A stretch of 64,000 nucleotides of DNA, from NCBI GenBank assembly GCA_041665145.1, contig JBAYJK010000001.1:10779-74778 (forward strand), given 5' to 3'. Shown here in pieces: positions 9,901 to 18,530 of the stretch. Both the position numbers and the translations under genes were made by a program. Under the pieces are notes generated by a model that had not been told where the DNA came from, did no database searches, and saw only the letters and a program-made list of their open reading frames with translations. The DNA is from Patescibacteria group bacterium (GTDB lineage Bacteria > Patescibacteriota > Microgenomatia > UBA1406). Within the stretch, counting starts at the first letter, position 1; each line of letters starts with the position of its first letter.

Positions 9901-11847
9901 AAAACGGGGAGTAGCTGTAAAGTAAACGGGTGTTTAAGCTTAGATGGTACAGACGACTTGGTTACGGTGTCGAATGTTGCAGGGATTGATTTTGACAATA
10001 ATCTGCATTCCGGATTTACCATATCTGCATGGATTAATCCGGATACGGCAGGAGAGGGCTCGGGAGGACGGATCTTTTACAAAGGAACAAATACCTGGTT
10101 GAGAGTGGATACTCTATCAGGAGGTAAAATGGATATTGAGGCGAGCGTAGCTCTTACATCAACGAACGCAACCGCAAACTGCTCCTCAGTGATAGTTCAG
10201 AGCGCCTGGAATCATGTTGCTTTGTCGTATACCGACGACATTGATGACGAAATCACTATTTCGGTAAACGGGAAACCTGTTTGTTCCAGTGTTGATGGAG
10301 GCGGTGCTCCTGCGGCAAACGACACAAGCGACCTCCTGATTGGAGGGGACTCTTCCAATAACTTCGACGGGCGGATTGACGAATTTAAAATCTTCAGTTT
10401 TGCATTATCGCCAAATGATTTGCAGTCCGAGGCAAATTTCGGTTTGGCTGCTTCACTGGGTGGCGCATTGGGAACGCATACCAACGAAGGTTTTGGAGCA
10501 ACCGAACCGATTGCGTGGTGGAAATTTGACGAGAACAACGGCATGACAGCATACGATTCCGGTGGCAGCAATTTAAATCTAACCCTTGATACCGGGGCAT
10601 CGTTCGCGAATGGTAAGAGCGGGTCAGCCCTTTCCGGAAACGGTTCGGGGAATGTTGGGGCATACAAAACAGACGGGACGGGAAGTCTGCTTGATCTTGC
10701 CGGTGATTTTACCGTGTCATTTTGGATGCGGGCCACCAGTATTCCGGATTACGCAATATTAGTAAGCAAGGGTGATACCGGTACGGATACTGATAATAAT
10801 TATGCCTGTTGGCTCATGAATAATAATGACAGGATAAGTTGTTATGTTGGAAATGGCATAGGTGGGTTTAGTACGGTGACTACACTGTTACATGGTTTCA
10901 CGCCCACGGCAAATTCGTGGATACACATCGAATTCGTTCATACGTTTTCGAATAGGTATCTTTATATTAACGGGCAGATTGTTGATGTAAATATTGACGA
11001 TGTTACCCCGGCAGTGAATAATGGTGATTTCACAATCGGAGGACGTCAATATGATTTTCCTGGTTTAATCGACGAAGTGAAAATATACGATTATGCACGT
11101 ACTCAAGCTCAGGTAGCTTATGATTATAATCGGGGAGCTCCGGTATCGTGGCTGAAAATGAACGAATGCTCCGGTAATATTCTGCACAACAGCGTGCTGA
11201 ATGGAAATGATCAGGCGTTGGGTCTTGATGGTGAATTTGTAGTTGGGGGAGGTACCCAATCGACGATGGGAACATGCACCACAAGCGGGACAACTCCGTG
11301 GTACGGCGGGAGAAATGGAAAGTATGCATCTTCGGTAAACCTCGATGGATCGGATGATTATATTCGTGCCGGCAATCTGCTTGTTTCAATAACAGGCGGG
11401 ACTGCTGCTCTCTGGGTGAAGCCGTCAACGACTCCCGGATCGGATGAAATGCTCATGGAGTTGAGTGCTTCACCCACTATGATTTACCTTACTCGTGCAG
11501 CATCCACTGCCCACTTTGTAATATCGCTAGGCTCGACTGCGGGAGAGAATACGTCGATAATTATTCCTTCCAATGAATGGACGCATATTGCCCTCGTCTG
11601 GAATAACGGGACTTATTATGCATACCTCAACGGGAAGCAGGTAAGAACAAATTCTTATTCGGGACTTACCAGCATAACCGGGACTTACTATTATATTGGT
11701 TCGCTGGACGGGACGGGAGCAAATCTCTTCACCGGACAGGTTGATGATGCTCGGGTATTTAATTACCCCTTGTCCGCAGATATGATAAAAAAATTACATA
11801 ACGAAGGATTTGCTGGAAGATTCGGACCGGCGACCGGCTCACCTTGA
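6946..11847 (+). CDS. 1633-aa anchored surface protein with a DUF2341-like N-domain, six LamG/concanavalin-like modules and a DNRLRE-like domain
   Basis: Starts 4 nt after the previous stop. N-terminal TM helix (ILFVVALSAVVLFVTLLLYLYF). AWFDDSWRYRVEI...CGDIRFMDSNGNLLPYF matches the DUF2341 pattern. Six modules begin (G/A/S)(Y/W)W(K/L)(M/F)(D/N)E and end xDExxI(Y/F)xxxL(S/T). Confidence 0.8.
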   Translation: MKKFRILFVVALSAVVLFVTLLLYLYFSAKSARAAWFDDSWRYRVEIPISAHTAAENNVYLSLTGADGIDTTDTTKFQPDCGDIRFMDSNGNLLPYFLTTACGLSQTGFHVLFNEFPSGTQTIYYYYGNASVPNGFSSQDFTSPATGVTLGTRGSETNSPVSPIAIWEFDEGTGQVINNTIGVVNTGTLGPDNTVTSTDPSWATEDMCAAGKCLSFAGSNSQYVNFSNSVAAVKSIGFWIRPTSTTTSVAVLNGAAGNASISISSGTISTGAGFATPTVYVNGVISSTIAANTWQYVVITTETGITASNIMLGRVNTGYFNGFMDGVKIYGTALSSAQIKANYAAGMGQSGTIKGSAVSLGSNSQGGINLTNGLVGYWKMDESSGNVADASGNSMTGTVTGTTAVSGKFGNARSFTGTDQIAVSSISGVKTIGFWLYVTNTTTDIIRLSTSPTTNITAAGTLSATGFTDPLMYVDGVQTTTLSANVWQYVAVTSQTGITADGILLGRVSSALIGYLDEVRIYNRTLTQKDIVDLHNFSPGPVGYWKMDEGTGTTVYDAGGNGYSGTFGSGSSAPTWEEGRIGHGLNFKASGSSGSVTIQPDSTAGADTYLGDCSADTNFGTETFVTLENAGCSHVGVIKFDLSSLPVDAVVTSATLTLEVISAGGTQNIVVNRILSGNSSWTETGATWNNQVGTTPWAGSGGCFTSGTDYSSTLMGSVTNSVGSHDITLDTAEVNSMIASNNGMRLFSDGFFQMRVASSEDSTPSIRPKLVINYSSVTDQYFATGNQTFITGNSSTYKNVSWGGWIKPKTTATSRTIIHKGNEFRLTTDATAKANCSIYASSWQTPAVATDALPTNSWSHVMCTYDGENVRVYVNGMLSGSVAQTNSVVSTNTTALNVGRDVDNSSYFVGNLDEVRIYNYTRTSRQIAVDMSGAYSGAGLAIGIPAGYWKMDEQQGQSLNNANTSGAITASLGTTSGSESQDPVWKTGSSCKVNGCLSLDGTDDLVTVSNVAGIDFDNNLHSGFTISAWINPDTAGEGSGGRIFYKGTNTWLRVDTLSGGKMDIEASVALTSTNATANCSSVIVQSAWNHVALSYTDDIDDEITISVNGKPVCSSVDGGGAPAANDTSDLLIGGDSSNNFDGRIDEFKIFSFALSPNDLQSEANFGLAASLGGALGTHTNEGFGATEPIAWWKFDENNGMTAYDSGGSNLNLTLDTGASFANGKSGSALSGNGSGNVGAYKTDGTGSLLDLAGDFTVSFWMRATSIPDYAILVSKGDTGTDTDNNYACWLMNNNDRISCYVGNGIGGFSTVTTLLHGFTPTANSWIHIEFVHTFSNRYLYINGQIVDVNIDDVTPAVNNGDFTIGGRQYDFPGLIDEVKIYDYARTQAQVAYDYNRGAPVSWLKMNECSGNILHNSVLNGNDQALGLDGEFVVGGGTQSTMGTCTTSGTTPWYGGRNGKYASSVNLDGSDDYIRAGNLLVSITGGTAALWVKPSTTPGSDEMLMELSASPTMIYLTRAASTAHFVISLGSTAGENTSIIIPSNEWTHIALVWNNGTYYAYLNGKQVRTNSYSGLTSITGTYYYIGSLDGTGANLFTGQVDDARVFNYPLSADMIKKLHNEGFAGRFGPATGSP
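8731..9270 (+). other. DNRLRE-like carbohydrate-binding domain nested inside the third LamG-like module
   Basis: ADTYLGDCSADTNFGTETFVTLENAG..VGVIKFDLSSLPVDAVVTSATLTLEV...NRILSGNSSWTETGATWNN follows the DNRLRE-domain pattern (D..n.G....l.v....r.ll.FdLs.ip....sA.L.l.....W.E..vTWnn). Confidence 0.55.
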
Positions 11848-11893
11848 TTGTAAAACATTGTTATTTCACCCGATATTTTAGTATCATAGTTTC

Positions 11894-12571
11894 ATGAAAA
11901 AGCCGGTATGGATCATGATTGTGTTTATTGTTATTGTTCTGCTTGTTGTTGCAACGGCACTGTACATATATGGCAACCGATTCAGATCATCAGCAAACAG
12001 ATCAAAAACAGAAATGCAACAAACCGTTGAGAAGATATCTTCATTAATACTGCTTCCGCAAGGTGAAGAACCGACGGTTGCAACGGTTGCCGACAAAACA
12101 AAACTCGACTCCCAGCCATTCTTTAAAGATGCGCTTAATGGGGACAAAGTTCTTATTTACGCAAAAGCGGGTGTTGCTATTTTATATCGTCCTTCGTTGA
12201 ATAAAATTGTGACCGTTGCTCCCGTCCAGACCGTTGCGGATCAAACGCTGACACCGACACCGGCACCGGTTACTCAAAAAGTTTCAAAGCCACAAATAGT
12301 GCTTTATAACGGGACAACAAAAACCGGATTAACACTAACCATCGAACGTCTTATTCTAAATGGGATTCAAAATGTTGAAATCAGTGACAGGGTTAATGCG
12401 GTCAGGACGGATTATGCCACAACGTCGGTTATAGATATATCAGGAAAGTATACCGATACAGTTACGGAAATTGCAGGACTGTTATCGGGAAAAGTTATAT
12501 CGTTACCTGCCGGAGAGGAAAGGCCGGACGCTGACATTCTCGTTATTGTAGGGAAAGATAAAGTTCAATAG
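11894..12571 (+). CDS. Membrane-anchored LytR_C (LytR/CpsA/Psr C-terminal) domain protein
   Basis: N-terminal TM helix. The C-terminal part KPQIVLYNGTTKTGLTLTIERLI...VIDISGKYTDTVTEIAGLL...ADILVIVGKD matches the LytR_C pattern. TATCAT lies 6 nt upstream of the ATG. Confidence 0.6.
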   Translation: MKKPVWIMIVFIVIVLLVVATALYIYGNRFRSSANRSKTEMQQTVEKISSLILLPQGEEPTVATVADKTKLDSQPFFKDALNGDKVLIYAKAGVAILYRPSLNKIVTVAPVQTVADQTLTPTPAPVTQKVSKPQIVLYNGTTKTGLTLTIERLILNGIQNVEISDRVNAVRTDYATTSVIDISGKYTDTVTEIAGLLSGKVISLPAGEERPDADILVIVGKDKVQ

Positions 12572-12574
12572 TAT

Positions 12575-13222
12575 TCAATACTTTCGAATCAAATCAGTCA
12601 ATTGCTTGAACTCTTCCTGGGGTGACGGTGATTTGGTCAATTGACTGCCGATTCCCAATACATCAGGAAGCACCGATTGTTTCAGAATGGTCGGAATTGT
12701 AACTTCATTTATCCCGCCGTCAAGCAGGATCTCTCCCTTGTACCCGCTATTCCGGAGGTCGCTGATTTTTGACAAATTTTGGGGTAAAAAAGGGCTTCCT
12801 TGCGGACCCGGATTCACAGTCATAATCTGTACTGCCGGGACGTGCTTAAACGTCTCGCGGGATACGGTATCTTCCGGATTTAGCACTAAACCGACAGGAA
12901 AAAAGTTGCTGGTATTTCTTCTGAATACCACCTGATGGACCAGGATAAGATTGATGTGTATGATTGAGCGAAGTTCATTGAGATCAGATACTACATCTTC
13001 CCACTCGCTCACCATTAAGTGAAAATCAAATATGTTGCCTGCAAATTGACCTTCATGTTTTTCACAAAAAGCTGCAAAATGCGTAAGGGGGATGGTTTTA
13101 TGATTAATCAGAATACCATCGGCGACATCTATTTGTATGCGGTCTGTTAACCGACATAAGAGAATCATCTGTTCTTCGAGCTCTTGTGCGGTAGTCGCGT
13201 TAACGGTTGGTGTTATTTGCAT
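12575..13222 (-). CDS. Ribulose-phosphate 3-epimerase family protein (divergent)
   Basis: IQIDVADG, FDFHLMV, QIMTVNPGPQGSPF and ILLDGGIN line up with the Rpe motifs (H.DvmDG, HLMv, MsVnPGfgGQ, DGGv). The first metal His is replaced by Gln. Overlaps the rpiB stop by 23 nt. Confidence 0.55.
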   Translation of the reverse strand: MQITPTVNATTAQELEEQMILLCRLTDRIQIDVADGILINHKTIPLTHFAAFCEKHEGQFAGNIFDFHLMVSEWEDVVSDLNELRSIIHINLILVHQVVFRRNTSNFFPVGLVLNPEDTVSRETFKHVPAVQIMTVNPGPQGSPFLPQNLSKISDLRNSGYKGEILLDGGINEVTIPTILKQSVLPDVLGIGSQLTKSPSPQEEFKQLTDLIRKY

Positions 13223-13655
13223 AGTCTTCGAGTTTTTGTAACCGGCGTTCGTAACGGGGATTGTTTTTAAATTCCGTGTTGAGGAAAGAGCCGATAATCT
13301 TTTCTGCCAGTCCGTCGTCTACATATTCCGCCGGTAATGCGAGGGTATTGATGTCATCATCGGCACGTGCTGACTGCGCATGTTTCTCGCTCATACACAA
13401 GCCACAGCGAATATTCGGAAATCGATTTGCTGCAATCGAAACGCCCACACCAGACGCGCAACAGACAATTCCATATGCACCTGTCTTATTTTTCATTTCC
13501 TGAACAAGTTTGAAGACAAAATCCGGGTAGTCATCATCAGGATCATGAATCATATTGCCGACGTCGACAACCGTGTGTCCCAAATTCTCCAAAAAGGGAA
13601 TGATTTTCTTTTTTAATTCAAATCCCCGATGATCGGCCGCGATAACAATATCCAT
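13200..13655 (-). CDS. rpiB: Ribose-5-phosphate isomerase B
   Basis: MDIVIAADHRGFELKK...CCASGVGVSIAANRFPNIRCGLC...ARADDDINTLALPAEYV is the typical RpiB/LacAB pattern. The start is trimmed to the internal ATG at 13655, with TATACT 7 nt upstream. Confidence 0.85.
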   Translation of the reverse strand: MDIVIAADHRGFELKKKIIPFLENLGHTVVDVGNMIHDPDDDYPDFVFKLVQEMKNKTGAYGIVCCASGVGVSIAANRFPNIRCGLCMSEKHAQSARADDDINTLALPAEYVDDGLAEKIIGSFLNTEFKNNPRYERRLQKLEDYANNTNR

Positions 13656-13662
13656 AATATCG

Positions 13663-13670
13663 AGTATAAT
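13663..13670. promoter_or_regulatory. Overlapping divergent -10 elements for rpiB (TATACT, minus strand) and the Nudix gene (TATAAT, plus strand)
   Basis: The 21-bp intergenic region is cat-aatatcgAGTATAATacaatc-atg. Each hexamer ends 6-7 nt from its start codon. Confidence 0.5.
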
Positions 13671-13676
13671 ACAATC

Positions 13677-14225
13677 ATGAAAAAGGCGCTGCAAAACTAT
13701 ATCGAGCAGATCAAAAATAACACAACAACGGACAAGGAGGGTTATGAAAAGGTTATGAAACGGCTGGAAGAAGGAGGGCCGTATTTTAAAAGCGAAGGAA
13801 CATCCGAACATATTTGTGCTTTTTTTGTCCCTGTCCACAAACCTTCCGGGTCAGTATATCTTGGATATCACAAGAAGGCAGATGACTGGATTCCGCCGGG
13901 AGGACATATGGAAGGTAAAGAAACACCTTTAAAAACCGTGAAGCGGGAGATGGAGGAAGAATTACAACACAGTCTTCTTAACGAGAAAATCGAATTCTTT
14001 GACACTTCATATAAATTTATCGGGCGCCCCGAGAGTGGTTGTACCGGTCATTATGATCTGTGGCATATTGTGTACATGAAAAACTTGTATAACTTTCCGT
14101 TCGACAAACGGGAATATCATGATGCCGGATGGTTTTTCTTTAATGAAGGTATAGAAAAAATCAAGAAAAATCCTGAGTTTGCTGCCATTGTCCGAAAAAT
14201 CCAGCAACATATGTTGATAGGGTAA
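13677..14225 (+). CDS. Nudix hydrolase
   Basis: Intact Nudix box GGHMEGKETPLKTVKREMEEELQ. The start is set to the ATG at 13677, 6 nt after TATAAT. Confidence 0.8.
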   Translation: MKKALQNYIEQIKNNTTTDKEGYEKVMKRLEEGGPYFKSEGTSEHICAFFVPVHKPSGSVYLGYHKKADDWIPPGGHMEGKETPLKTVKREMEEELQHSLLNEKIEFFDTSYKFIGRPESGCTGHYDLWHIVYMKNLYNFPFDKREYHDAGWFFFNEGIEKIKKNPEFAAIVRKIQQHMLIG

Positions 14226-14319
14226 GCTGCAAAAATATCGTAATTTCTTACTCCGTGGGAATCCACGCTGAGAAAAGAGTAGGATTCCCAAGTCGCCAAA
14301 ATTAGGTATTTTCGCAGCT
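14225..14319 (+). other. Nested inverted repeat (structured element or terminator) between the Nudix stop and the metG promoter
   Basis: The outer arms agctgcaaaaata and tattttcgcagct pair over 13 bp with one bulge. The inner arms tgggaatcc and ggattccca pair over 9 bp, with a 17-nt loop. Confidence 0.4.
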
Positions 14320-14355
14320 TGAAGCACTATAGCAATATAACAATTTAACAATGTT

Positions 14356-14364
14356 TGGTAGAAT
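14356..14364 (+). promoter_or_regulatory. Extended -10 (TGgTAGAAT) for a leaderless metG
   Basis: The hexamer ends 6 nt before the ATG at 14371. There is no Shine-Dalgarno sequence. Confidence 0.5.
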
Positions 14365-14370
14365 GACTAT

Positions 14371-16062
14371 ATGAACAAGAAAATTTTTATCGGTGTGGCC
14401 TGGCCCTATGTAAACGGCGATTTGCATATCGGGCATCTCGCTGGTTACTTGTTACCCGCAGACATTTTTGCCCGCTTTCAGCGGTTTATCGGCAATGATG
14501 TTTTAATGGTTTCAGGATCGGATTGCTACGGTACTCCCATAACAGTCGAAGCGGACAAACGGGGAATAGGTGCCGAAGAATTGGTGAACGAATATCATCC
14601 GAAAGATGTTGCTCTATTTGAAAAATACCGCATCTCATATGATTTGTACACGAAAACAACTACTCCGAATCACACGAAAGTGGTCCAGGATGAGTTTGTG
14701 GCCTTGGCAAAAAACGGATATATCTACAAAGATAAAACACAACAGTATTATTCGACGGAAGAGAATAGGTTTTTACCCGACAGGTATGTAGAAGGAACGT
14801 GCCCGCATTGTGGTTTCGCGGAGGCCCGTTCGGATCAATGTGATAAATGCAGCCGAGTATTGGAATCTGGTGAATTAAAAAACCCAGTCAGCAAGCTGAC
14901 CAAAAAATCTGTTTCCATGAAAGAAACCGAAAATTATTTCTTGGATTGGCCGAAGCTACAACCCTTTTTGGAAAAATATATTGTGGAGAAAGGTCCATCG
15001 TGGCGACCGTGGGTGTATGAAGAAGCCAAGGGTTGGCTTAAAAAAGGTTTGCAGCCGCGGGCAATTACCCGTGATATGACATGGGGAGTCACAATTCCCG
15101 TTGAGCAGTTACCCGAAGAATTGCAAATCGACGATGTCGAAAATAAGCGCATCTATGTTTGGTTTGATGCGGTCACCGGATATTTGTCTGCGTCAAAAGA
15201 GTGGGCGCTTAAAAATGACCAGGCAGATTTGTGGAAAGACTGGTGGTATAACAAAGAGGCGGTCCATTACTACTTTATGGGTAAGGATAATCTTGTTTTC
15301 CACACGCTGTTTTGGCAAGGACAACTGCATGGTTCTGATGAAAAATTGCATCTTCCCGATGTTCCGGTGATCAATAACTTCTTAAATTTGGAAGGCGAAA
15401 AGTTTTCAAAAAGCCGTGGGATAACAATCGATTCTTATTATATAGCGGAAACGTACGGGGTTGATCTGGTGAGATTTTATCTGACGTATATTATGCCGGA
15501 GAATTCGGATGCCAATTTCGCATGGGGAGACTTTGTAGATTTTAACAATGGCATTTTAATTGGTAAGTTCGGGAACTTTATAAATCGTGTTCTGAAACTT
15601 TCCGAGAATTTGAAGCCCACAGAAGACTTCAAAATCGATCCTAAAATCAAAACGTCTATTGACCACTGTATAAGCAAATCATATGAACATGTGGGTAAAT
15701 GCGAGTTCAAGCTTTATGCACAGGCAGTGGTTGAGCTTGCGGAAGCGGGGAATAAGTATGTCGCCGAAAACGAACCCTGGAAACTTGCAAAAGACAGTGA
15801 AGAGTATGGGGCGATTATTTCAAACGCATTACTCGTGGTGTTTGCACTGCTTCTCGTAACCCGCCCACTCATTCCGGTGTCAAATAGAAAGCTTCATGCG
15901 ATGCTTGGAATTGATTTTGAGAAATGGGATGAAGATGTTACGGTTGCAGATCTTGTCAAGAAATTAACTGAACTGAAAATTACCGACCCGAAACCGCTGT
16001 TTGCAAAAATTGACCCGGAAGTAGTAGATAAAGAACGGGCGAAGATTTCGATAAAGAAGTAG
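14371..16062 (+). CDS. metG: Methionine--tRNA ligase
   Basis: HIGH motif (PYVNGDLHIGHLAGY), KMSKS motif (KFSKSRG) and a zinc knuckle (CPHCGFAEARSDQCDKC). Confidence 0.95.
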   Translation: MNKKIFIGVAWPYVNGDLHIGHLAGYLLPADIFARFQRFIGNDVLMVSGSDCYGTPITVEADKRGIGAEELVNEYHPKDVALFEKYRISYDLYTKTTTPNHTKVVQDEFVALAKNGYIYKDKTQQYYSTEENRFLPDRYVEGTCPHCGFAEARSDQCDKCSRVLESGELKNPVSKLTKKSVSMKETENYFLDWPKLQPFLEKYIVEKGPSWRPWVYEEAKGWLKKGLQPRAITRDMTWGVTIPVEQLPEELQIDDVENKRIYVWFDAVTGYLSASKEWALKNDQADLWKDWWYNKEAVHYYFMGKDNLVFHTLFWQGQLHGSDEKLHLPDVPVINNFLNLEGEKFSKSRGITIDSYYIAETYGVDLVRFYLTYIMPENSDANFAWGDFVDFNNGILIGKFGNFINRVLKLSENLKPTEDFKIDPKIKTSIDHCISKSYEHVGKCEFKLYAQAVVELAEAGNKYVAENEPWKLAKDSEEYGAIISNALLVVFALLLVTRPLIPVSNRKLHAMLGIDFEKWDEDVTVADLVKKLTELKITDPKPLFAKIDPEVVDKERAKISIKK

Positions 16063-16114
16063 TTATGCTGGTCTAATCACATCAAAAAGTATTTGTTGTT
16101 GTTATAATCCTAAA

Positions 16115-17023
16115 ATGGCCAGCTCATCAAAATCTGTAAAATCCGAGACACAGAAAGGTATTTTTTTCCTTGTTCTCTCAGCATTCCTGTACAGCGTTAT
16201 GCCCGTACTTATCCGATTGCTTGGTAACGGTGGAATAACTCCAATGTCTCAAGTATTTCTAAGGTATATTTTTGCTTTTCTGGCGGCTGCGTTTTATTTC
16301 TTTCTTATTGCAAAGGCAAAGCTAACGGTTCAAAAAAAAGATGTGCCCTTGTTGCTCGTTACTACCGTATTTGGGTACGCTTTAACAAATCTTGTTTTTA
16401 CATACGGAATTTTATTTACGCAAGTAAGTAACGCACTTTTTCTTTTTTACACGTACGCAATTATGGCCCCAATTCTTGGTTTTGTTTTTCTGAAAGATAA
16501 AATAAATAAAGCAAATATAGTAGCTTTGATCATTAGTTTTGCTGCCCTACTTCTTCTTTTTTCTCCCAACTCAATACCTACTTGGAAGTTGGGTGGAATG
16601 TTCGCAATACTTGCCGCACTTGGTCAAGCGGCCTACTTGATTTTACGAAGGAAACTAGGGAAGTATCCTGCGCCATTTATGATGCTTGCAAATACGTTTG
16701 TCGGCGTGGTAGTTCTTGGAGTAATGAGTGCTGTATTCGAAAACAACTTTTATAGTCAAGGTGCGTTTACTGCGATCTCTACTAAAACATGGCTTGCAAT
16801 AGTTCTATTTGGAATCGATAACTTTATGGCATGGTTTGCGATGACAAAAGGTTTTGAATATTTTAAAGCAGCAACAGGAAGCATTATTCTGTTGTCAGAG
16901 CTCGTGTTTGGGATAATATTTGCAATTGTCTTCTTTCAAGAGATTCCAACGTATATGACTGCGCTTGGCGGTGTTCTTATTCTTATATCTTCGGCGCTTG
17001 TTATTGTTAAAGGAGAGAATTAA
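16115..17023 (+). CDS. EamA/DMT-family transporter
   Basis: About 10 predicted TM helices in two similar halves, a typical EamA profile. TATAAT lies 6 nt upstream of the ATG. Confidence 0.7.
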   Translation: MASSSKSVKSETQKGIFFLVLSAFLYSVMPVLIRLLGNGGITPMSQVFLRYIFAFLAAAFYFFLIAKAKLTVQKKDVPLLLVTTVFGYALTNLVFTYGILFTQVSNALFLFYTYAIMAPILGFVFLKDKINKANIVALIISFAALLLLFSPNSIPTWKLGGMFAILAALGQAAYLILRRKLGKYPAPFMMLANTFVGVVVLGVMSAVFENNFYSQGAFTAISTKTWLAIVLFGIDNFMAWFAMTKGFEYFKAATGSIILLSELVFGIIFAIVFFQEIPTYMTALGGVLILISSALVIVKGEN

Positions 17024-17679
17024 TACTGTTCGTTCACGAGTTCTAACTTTTCGTCTTCAATCAGAACATATTGTCCTATTCCGTGTCGGATAATTCCGTG
17101 GTTAATGTAGTACTTTTCGGGAACGTGCTCGGCACGGTGCAGATGTCCCATAATTAGTATTTCGTCTTTATCAAGGTTAGCGATTGTCCATTTTTTGGCT
17201 TTATGGCTGAAAAGAAACTGATACGGAATAAAGAAGTGACGGCCTAAAACTTTCGAGCCTACGTGTTCCACAAAACCATACAATCTGTTGTACCAGTAAT
17301 TTACGGCATTTGTCGGGTAGGGAACATCTGGTCCGAGGGGTACAATCAAATCTCCATGCTCTATCCGCAATACGTGTTTGCCAACCCGCATCGAATATTG
17401 TTTTTTTTGCTCAACAGAAAAGTAATTGACCCTGCTGTCTGCAAATTTCTGGGCATCGTGATTTCCATATAAATACAGTGTTTTCTTCTCAATCAAGAGT
17501 GGGAATAGTTGTTTCCATTGAGAGTTTATAAACATATCGAACGTGGTTGTGTCGGCATCCCAAAAATCACCATTAATAATTACCCGATCAGCGGGATGTA
17601 TAATCCGTACCAGATAATCGAATGTTCTTTGATCAAACTTGTGGGTAAGATGAGTATCCGAGAAGATAACCGTTTTCAT
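17020..17679 (-). CDS. Calcineurin-like metallophosphoesterase
   Basis: Motifs SDTHL, INGDFWD, GNHD and GHLH in the canonical order. Confidence 0.75.
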   Translation of the reverse strand: MKTVIFSDTHLTHKFDQRTFDYLVRIIHPADRVIINGDFWDADTTTFDMFINSQWKQLFPLLIEKKTLYLYGNHDAQKFADSRVNYFSVEQKKQYSMRVGKHVLRIEHGDLIVPLGPDVPYPTNAVNYWYNRLYGFVEHVGSKVLGRHFFIPYQFLFSHKAKKWTIANLDKDEILIMGHLHRAEHVPEKYYINHGIIRHGIGQYVLIEDEKLELVNEQY

Positions 17680-17706
17680 ACAATAGCAATTGTAGCACGA
17701 CGGCTT

Positions 17707-18003
17707 TTAAACTTCATGAGGCAGACCGAAGGGAAGGCGAGGTATGTTGGTAGGAAACAAAATCGAAAGCACGATAGCTAGAATAATAAACAGTTCCAAT
17801 ATGGTAAGTATCTCTCGTAGCTTTTTGTTGTTTTCCGAGATGATATCGAAACCATAATAAATGATAATAAGCGGCCACCATGACCATAACTCATCCCACG
17901 CGGCCCACGGAATGATTCCGAGATTATTCAAAAGAAGAATACATCCGGTAACAATGAGAATGATGGCTCCCGAGTATCCGTGTTCAAATTTTCTGTTGTT
18001 CAT
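17707..18003 (-). CDS. Small membrane protein (LiaF/DUF5668-like), co-oriented with the PspC-domain gene
   Basis: Three hydrophobic segments with a Trp-rich loop (PWAAWDELWSWWP). Begins 2 nt after the upstream stop. Confidence 0.45.
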   Translation of the reverse strand: MNNRKFEHGYSGAIILIVTGCILLLNNLGIIPWAAWDELWSWWPLIIIYYGFDIISENNKKLREILTILELFIILAIVLSILFPTNIPRLPFGLPHEV

Positions 18004-18004
18004 G

Positions 18005-18466
18005 TCACTTCCGAAACAAGGCGAATCCGATAATAATCAAAATTACCGGCCATAAACGTCCGATAGGAAACCAGCTCATGATACCGAAATTAACCAGAAG
18101 AAAATATAAACCGACACCTATTACAACCAATCCGACCCACCCGCGGGAAAGCGCACGGCGATCATGTTGGTTGATGGACTTGGTGAGCCTTTTTGCTGTA
18201 TCACTAATCTCTTTTGCATTGCTTTGCATTGTCTCTTGAACATTATTCTCCGATGAAGACTCCAAAGGTATGACAACCCATAAAATAAAGTAGAGCAAAA
18301 CACCTGAACCGCCGAATAACGTGATCGTAATAAATAAAATTCGTATAAGACTCGCGTCAACGCCGAAATAATCGGCGATACCGGCACACACACCACCGAT
18401 CATGCGATCCGATTCGGAACGGTATAATCGGTTGGAGGTTTTTGTTGCCTTCTTTTTTACTACCAT
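18005..18466 (-). CDS. PspC-domain membrane protein
   Basis: LYRSESDRMIGGVCAGIADYFGVDASLIRILFI is the PspC-domain signature. The start is trimmed to the ATG at 18466, with TATACT 7 nt upstream. Confidence 0.75.
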   Translation of the reverse strand: MVVKKKATKTSNRLYRSESDRMIGGVCAGIADYFGVDASLIRILFITITLFGGSGVLLYFILWVVIPLESSSENNVQETMQSNAKEISDTAKRLTKSINQHDRRALSRGWVGLVVIGVGLYFLLVNFGIMSWFPIGRLWPVILIIIGFALFRK

Positions 18467-18530
18467 AAATGGAAGTATACACCACAGCGCCGTACTACGT
18501 AAAGTGTGGTGGGGCATGTATAATAGAGAA

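Noticed and set aside
636-11428. Dozens of 60-210-aa ORFs in other frames or on the opposite strand inside the two giant genes, for example 1092-1721(-), 7971-8507(-), 10212-10736(-) and 6114-6536(-).
   Set aside because: They lie wholly within long, motif-rich ORFs. Their low-complexity Pro/Val/Ser/Thr-rich translations are what you get by reading Gly/Thr/Asn-rich repeats in the wrong frame. None has its own start-signal pattern.
14225-14370. A T-box riboswitch upstream of metG, suggested by an aaRS gene preceded by a structured leader containing AAATTAGG.
   Set aside because: The element is too short (about 95 nt). It lacks the conserved T-box sequence (…GGUGGNACCGCG…) and the terminator/antiterminator pair. 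It also lies upstream of, not downstream of, the best promoter candidate.
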